Under the pieces are notes generated by a model that made no database searches, was not told where the DNA came from, and saw nothing but the letters and a program-made list of their open reading frames with translations. 64,000 bases of DNA, taken from positions 192,001 through 256,000 of the forward strand of contig OZ242365.1 of the NCBI GenBank assembly GCA_965208905.1. The letters run 5' to 3'. Positions 60,291 through 64,000 of the stretch are shown in pieces. Both the position numbers and the translations under genes were made by a program. Origin of the DNA: Nitrosopumilaceae archaeon. Lineage in GTDB: Archaea; Thermoproteota; Nitrososphaeria; Nitrososphaerales; Nitrosopumilaceae. Within the stretch, counting starts at the first letter, position 1. Each line of letters begins with the position of its first letter.

Positions 60291-61130
60291 ATGATAAACC
60301 TACTGGATGTGGTAAGATGGACATTCAGGCGTAGTCCATCAGATATAATACGACTCTACAACTCCCTCTCAGGAGTCATGGTCACAGCCACTGGAGGGGC
60401 CAGCCTCAACTTTGGACTGTGGTCGGACGACTGTGTTGAACCACTCTTGGCGCAGGACAATATGGCGCGACACTTTGGCAGGATGGCAGACTTGGATACG
60501 GCCAGTGTCGGGGCGGATGTTGGTTGTGGGCGGGGCGGACCTGCTAAAATATGGCAACAGTTGTATCCTGACTTTGATATAATAGGAGTAGACGTAAACC
60601 GTAGAGGTCTAGTAGAGGCCAAGCGTCTGGACCTTGCAGTCAATGCACTCTCTACTAGTCTACCTCTAGCCAATAACTCGATGGATCGTGTGCTTGCACT
60701 AGAGTCTGCGCAACATTTTCGTCCACTGTCAGTATTCACCAATGAAGCTGCCCGCGTATTGAAGCCTGGCGGCATACTATGTATGGCCATACCAGTCGTC
60801 GGACGACAGTACCACATAAGCCGATTGGGAATGCTTTGGTTGACATGGACATCTGAGCATTACAATGTATCGACCATACATGAGGCAATCAAAGCATCTG
60901 GGCTCCATATACAATATGAAGAGATGGTTGGTCCCATGGTGTATCTGCCGATGGCCAACTACTATATGAATAACAGAGACAGATTACAGGAGAGAATCAC
61001 AGCCACATATCCTAGATATGTAGAGTCAATACTGTATCGCTCCATACTAGACATGAGGCGGGCTTCCACACAGGATGTTATTGAGTATATGATTATAAAA
61101 TGTATAAAGCCATCACATGAGCGTATATGA
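60291..61130 (+). CDS. class I SAM-dependent methyltransferase
   Basis: LNFG.W, DVGCGRGG, ALESAQHF, RVLKPGG. Confidence 0.9.
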   Translation: MINLLDVVRWTFRRSPSDIIRLYNSLSGVMVTATGGASLNFGLWSDDCVEPLLAQDNMARHFGRMADLDTASVGADVGCGRGGPAKIWQQLYPDFDIIGVDVNRRGLVEAKRLDLAVNALSTSLPLANNSMDRVLALESAQHFRPLSVFTNEAARVLKPGGILCMAIPVVGRQYHISRLGMLWLTWTSEHYNVSTIHEAIKASGLHIQYEEMVGPMVYLPMANYYMNNRDRLQERITATYPRYVESILYRSILDMRRASTQDVIEYMIIKCIKPSHERI

Positions 61131-61158
61131 GACTATCCGCATAACGGGGAACCACACA

Positions 61159-61794
61159 TCACCATAGTTTTATCAGGCGTGAAGGCTCCATGACGTTTAT
61201 GCCGCCCACGGAGAATATACCCTCGCTATTCAAAAATATATTCAATGATGCGTTGGCTATGATCAGGTGATATAGATTTTGAGGCGTCATGTTCAGTATG
61301 GTAGACAGCATGGCCTTGATGGGATCCATATGTGTGACTAATAGTACATTCTCGCCGGCATGTTTCTGTTGTATATAAGATACAATGTCAAGTATTCTGT
61401 TACGGACGCTTGCAAATGTTTCGACGCCCATATTTGTAAAATCATCAGATCCCTGATAGAAGTGTAGAAATATGTTCCCGTATCGTTCCATCAAATCGTC
61501 ATACGTCTTACCGGTAAGTCCACCCATGTCTATCTCTGTAAGTCTATCGTCCGGAATAACCTCCAATGAGTTGTGTTTGGCGACAATTTGCGCAGTCTCC
61601 ATGGTCCTCTGTATGGGACTAGAGTATATGCGGCTAACCTGCATGTCCGCGACACATGCAGCAGCATACGCTGCTTGAGCCTTGCCCTCAGCAGTGAGGG
61701 GTACATTCGGCAGGCGTCCCACAAGCCGTCGTTCAACATTGTTCTGAGCCTGGCCATGACGTAGGAATATCAACGAGGCCAACAGTATAGCCAT
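61159..61794 (-). CDS. histidine phosphatase (phosphoglycerate mutase family)
   Basis: LRHGQ...N, SSP..RT.ETA, L.E...G, VTH. Confidence 0.92.
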   Translation of the reverse strand: MAILLASLIFLRHGQAQNNVERRLVGRLPNVPLTAEGKAQAAYAAACVADMQVSRIYSSPIQRTMETAQIVAKHNSLEVIPDDRLTEIDMGGLTGKTYDDLMERYGNIFLHFYQGSDDFTNMGVETFASVRNRILDIVSYIQQKHAGENVLLVTHMDPIKAMLSTILNMTPQNLYHLIIANASLNIFLNSEGIFSVGGINVMEPSRLIKLW

Positions 61795-61834
61795 ACTATA
61801 AAGATAATAAGAACATTCACTATGACATTACATA

Positions 61835-62506
61835 TTGAAGGTGGGAATAGTTGGTGGGACCGGAGGTATGGGTAAAGGGTTTGCCATGAGATGGTGTAAG
61901 AGTCATGACGTTTTAGTGGGATCGCGAAATGCCCAGAGGGCATCAGAGAGTGCTGCCACCTATGAGAGTGATGCCATAGAGGTATACGGCAGCATACAAG
62001 GAACCATAACTGGTAGCGACAACCTATCAATAGCATCAGATAGCGATGTATTACTACTATCCATTGGGTATGAAAATATTGACTCTACCTGCCCAGATGT
62101 CTTGAATAATATCAAAGATGACTGCATAGTGGTATCGCCCATAGTACCCATGGAGAAGACAGATGTGGGGTTTGAGTTTATTCCATTTCGTGACAACAAA
62201 CAGTTTGCCCATCAGATGGTACAGAGTCACATGAAGGACCCCTCTAGATTGGTGTCGGCGTTTCATGTCATATCAGAGAAGAAACTGGCCAACCTCAAAA
62301 GAGAGTTAGACTATGACATATTCGTATGTGGTGATGACAAAGGGGCCGTGGATGTTGTAAATGGTCTGATAAATGAGATTGATGGACTTCGTCCACTATA
62401 CATAGGGGGTAGCGGATTGTCATATATGGTAGAGATATCCACGCCCATACTACTAAACATAATGATTCAGAACAGAATTAAAAATCCAGGGATTAAAATA
62501 GTCTAG
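61835..62506 (+). CDS. npdG: F420-dependent NADP oxidoreductase
   Basis: KVGIVGGTG.MG.G.A.R, GSR...RA, VSAFH, VCGDD. Confidence 0.85.
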   Translation: MKVGIVGGTGGMGKGFAMRWCKSHDVLVGSRNAQRASESAATYESDAIEVYGSIQGTITGSDNLSIASDSDVLLLSIGYENIDSTCPDVLNNIKDDCIVVSPIVPMEKTDVGFEFIPFRDNKQFAHQMVQSHMKDPSRLVSAFHVISEKKLANLKRELDYDIFVCGDDKGAVDVVNGLINEIDGLRPLYIGGSGLSYMVEISTPILLNIMIQNRIKNPGIKIV

Positions 62507-62740
62507 ATGAGTCCTGAATATTATAGGCGCGGACGTAACTGGTATACAGCGTTAGGTGTACTGTTTATAGTATCAGCCATCATAGTTATAGTACGGCAGA
62601 TAGCGCTATGGGGGTTTGAGTTTGTGGGGGACTTTATGTTGAATAGTGAATTTACCAATGAAAAGATATCTCTAGGTATGATAGGTTTTGGATGTCTCAT
62701 GATAATCTTGGGGTTGCGGCGTAATGTCCCGGCGCGTTGA
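62507..62740 (+). CDS. small two-TM hypothetical protein
   Basis: 77 aa, translationally coupled to its neighbours. Confidence 0.65.
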   Translation: MSPEYYRRGRNWYTALGVLFIVSAIIVIVRQIALWGFEFVGDFMLNSEFTNEKISLGMIGFGCLMIILGLRRNVPAR

Positions 62741-63119
62741 CTTTCTCCAGCACCAAAAGATCATGAGGCTGGCTACCACAAATGAGCATGGTGAGCCGCA
62801 CGTAGTACCTGTGTGGTATATGTACGATGATAATACCATATACATAGGAACCAATACACGAACTGTAAAAGCAAGAAATGTAAAACATACAAAGACTGCT
62901 GCCTTCTGTGTAGATGAAGGGGTACGGGCACCCATATATGGCATAATGGGAAGAGGGTCTGCACGATTAATCTTAGACCCCACACAGGTGGGTAATTTGG
63001 CAGAACAGATACTGATGCGATACTATACAGATATACACCAAGAGGCAGCTCAGGCTCTATACAAGGATACAGACTGTATTATTGCCATACGTGTGGACTC
63101 TATCACCGAATGGTCATAA
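62724..63119 (+). CDS. pyridoxamine 5'-phosphate oxidase-like (PPOX/F420-binding) protein
   Basis: RLAT....G.PHVVPVWY...K.RN......A.CVD. Confidence 0.88.
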   Translation: MSRRVDFLQHQKIMRLATTNEHGEPHVVPVWYMYDDNTIYIGTNTRTVKARNVKHTKTAAFCVDEGVRAPIYGIMGRGSARLILDPTQVGNLAEQILMRYYTDIHQEAAQALYKDTDCIIAIRVDSITEWS

Positions 63120-64000
63120 AATCTTCAATCTTGTCTAGTGCGGAATTTAGTGTCGATATAGGGGGCAGAAATACCAGCCGGAAATGTTCCCTGCCAAATG
63201 CCTCTCCAAATCCAGACCCATGCACGGTTAGTACACCTTTTTGACGGAGCAGCTCCAACACAAACTCTTTGTCTGAACTATACGGGTTGTCATCTATGTG
63301 TGGAAATACATAGAATGCGCCCTTAACAGGAGGACAGGTCAAATTCGGGATGGAGTTCAGACGTTTCACCATCAGGTCTCGGCGGCGACTCATCTCAGCT
63401 ACAAACTTGTCGATATAATCCTGAGGGCCCCGCAGTGATTCAAGGGCCGCATATTGAGCGGGCATGTTGGCGGCTATGCGCACCCTAGTCAGCTGAGGCA
63501 GATATTTCTTTATATTGTGTAGTTGTGGCGAGTCGGCAAACGCAATATAGCCTAGGCGCCACCCGGTCATCAAGTTTACCTTTGAGAAGCCGTTCAGTAG
63601 AATCACTGGTGAGTCTTTGGCTACTCTACCAATGCTGGTGAACTCATCATCGTACGTTATACGATCATATATTTCATCACATATCACGTATAGATTATGC
63701 TCGTTGGCCACATCTATTATATCTTGTAGTGATTTACGATCATACACCATACCGGTGGGATTGTTCGGGTTTATCAGACAGACTGCTACTGTCTTAGGTG
63801 TTATCTTTGAGCGCATATCCTCAATGTCGGGCCTACCAGCAGCAAGATCGACACCAAACTCTACAGGCGTACCGCCGTGTAGCTTAACATATGAAGAGTA
63901 TGGTGGATAGTATGGGCCAGGCAACAGAACCTCATCGCCGGACTCCACTATGGAGGCGGTCACCATATCCAGTGCTTCGGATATGCCGTTTGTCACGATT
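63103..64000 (-). CDS. class I/II aminotransferase (5' end outside the window)
   Basis: INPNNPTG, DEIY, NGFSK...TGWRLGY, GAFY.FP. Confidence 0.93.
   Translation of the reverse strand, partial: IVTNGISEALDMVTASIVESGDEVLLPGPYYPPYSSYVKLHGGTPVEFGVDLAAGRPDIEDMRSKITPKTVAVCLINPNNPTGMVYDRKSLQDIIDVANEHNLYVICDEIYDRITYDDEFTSIGRVAKDSPVILLNGFSKVNLMTGWRLGYIAFADSPQLHNIKKYLPQLTRVRIAANMPAQYAALESLRGPQDYIDKFVAEMSRRRDLMVKRLNSIPNLTCPPVKGAFYVFPHIDDNPYSSDKEFVLELLRQKGVLTVHGSGFGEAFGREHFRLVFLPPISTLNSALDKIEDFMTIR

Overview
64 kb of an ammonia-oxidising archaeon genome (Nitrososphaerota, Nitrosopumilaceae). The amo gene layout, GC-rich surface-protein inserts and scattered gene relics suggest a Cenarchaeum-like, possibly host-associated lineage (inference). 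Core content: amoB ... amoC-amoX-amoA, rps15-DHH-pcc1-serS, rps3ae, GGR, guaB, csl4, thrC, a his operon, dph2, tiaS, an intron-containing initiator tRNA-Met, thiolase-DUF35, rps19e and a heme-copper oxidase cluster. The standout observation is two unrelated TnpB (RNA-guided nuclease) genes with intact catalytic triads. Each fills a transposase-less element bounded by perfect terminal inverted repeats (25 and 28 bp) and 8-bp target-site duplications. These are DDE-transposon-type ends, not the TIR-less, TSD-less ends of IS200/IS605 or IS607. Also seen: a C/D-box sRNA, a 15-nt BHB intron in the tRNA D-loop, a 100-bp dispersed repeat, and IS481 and Cache-domain relics. All calls come from reading the sequence and ORF track; no database searches were run.
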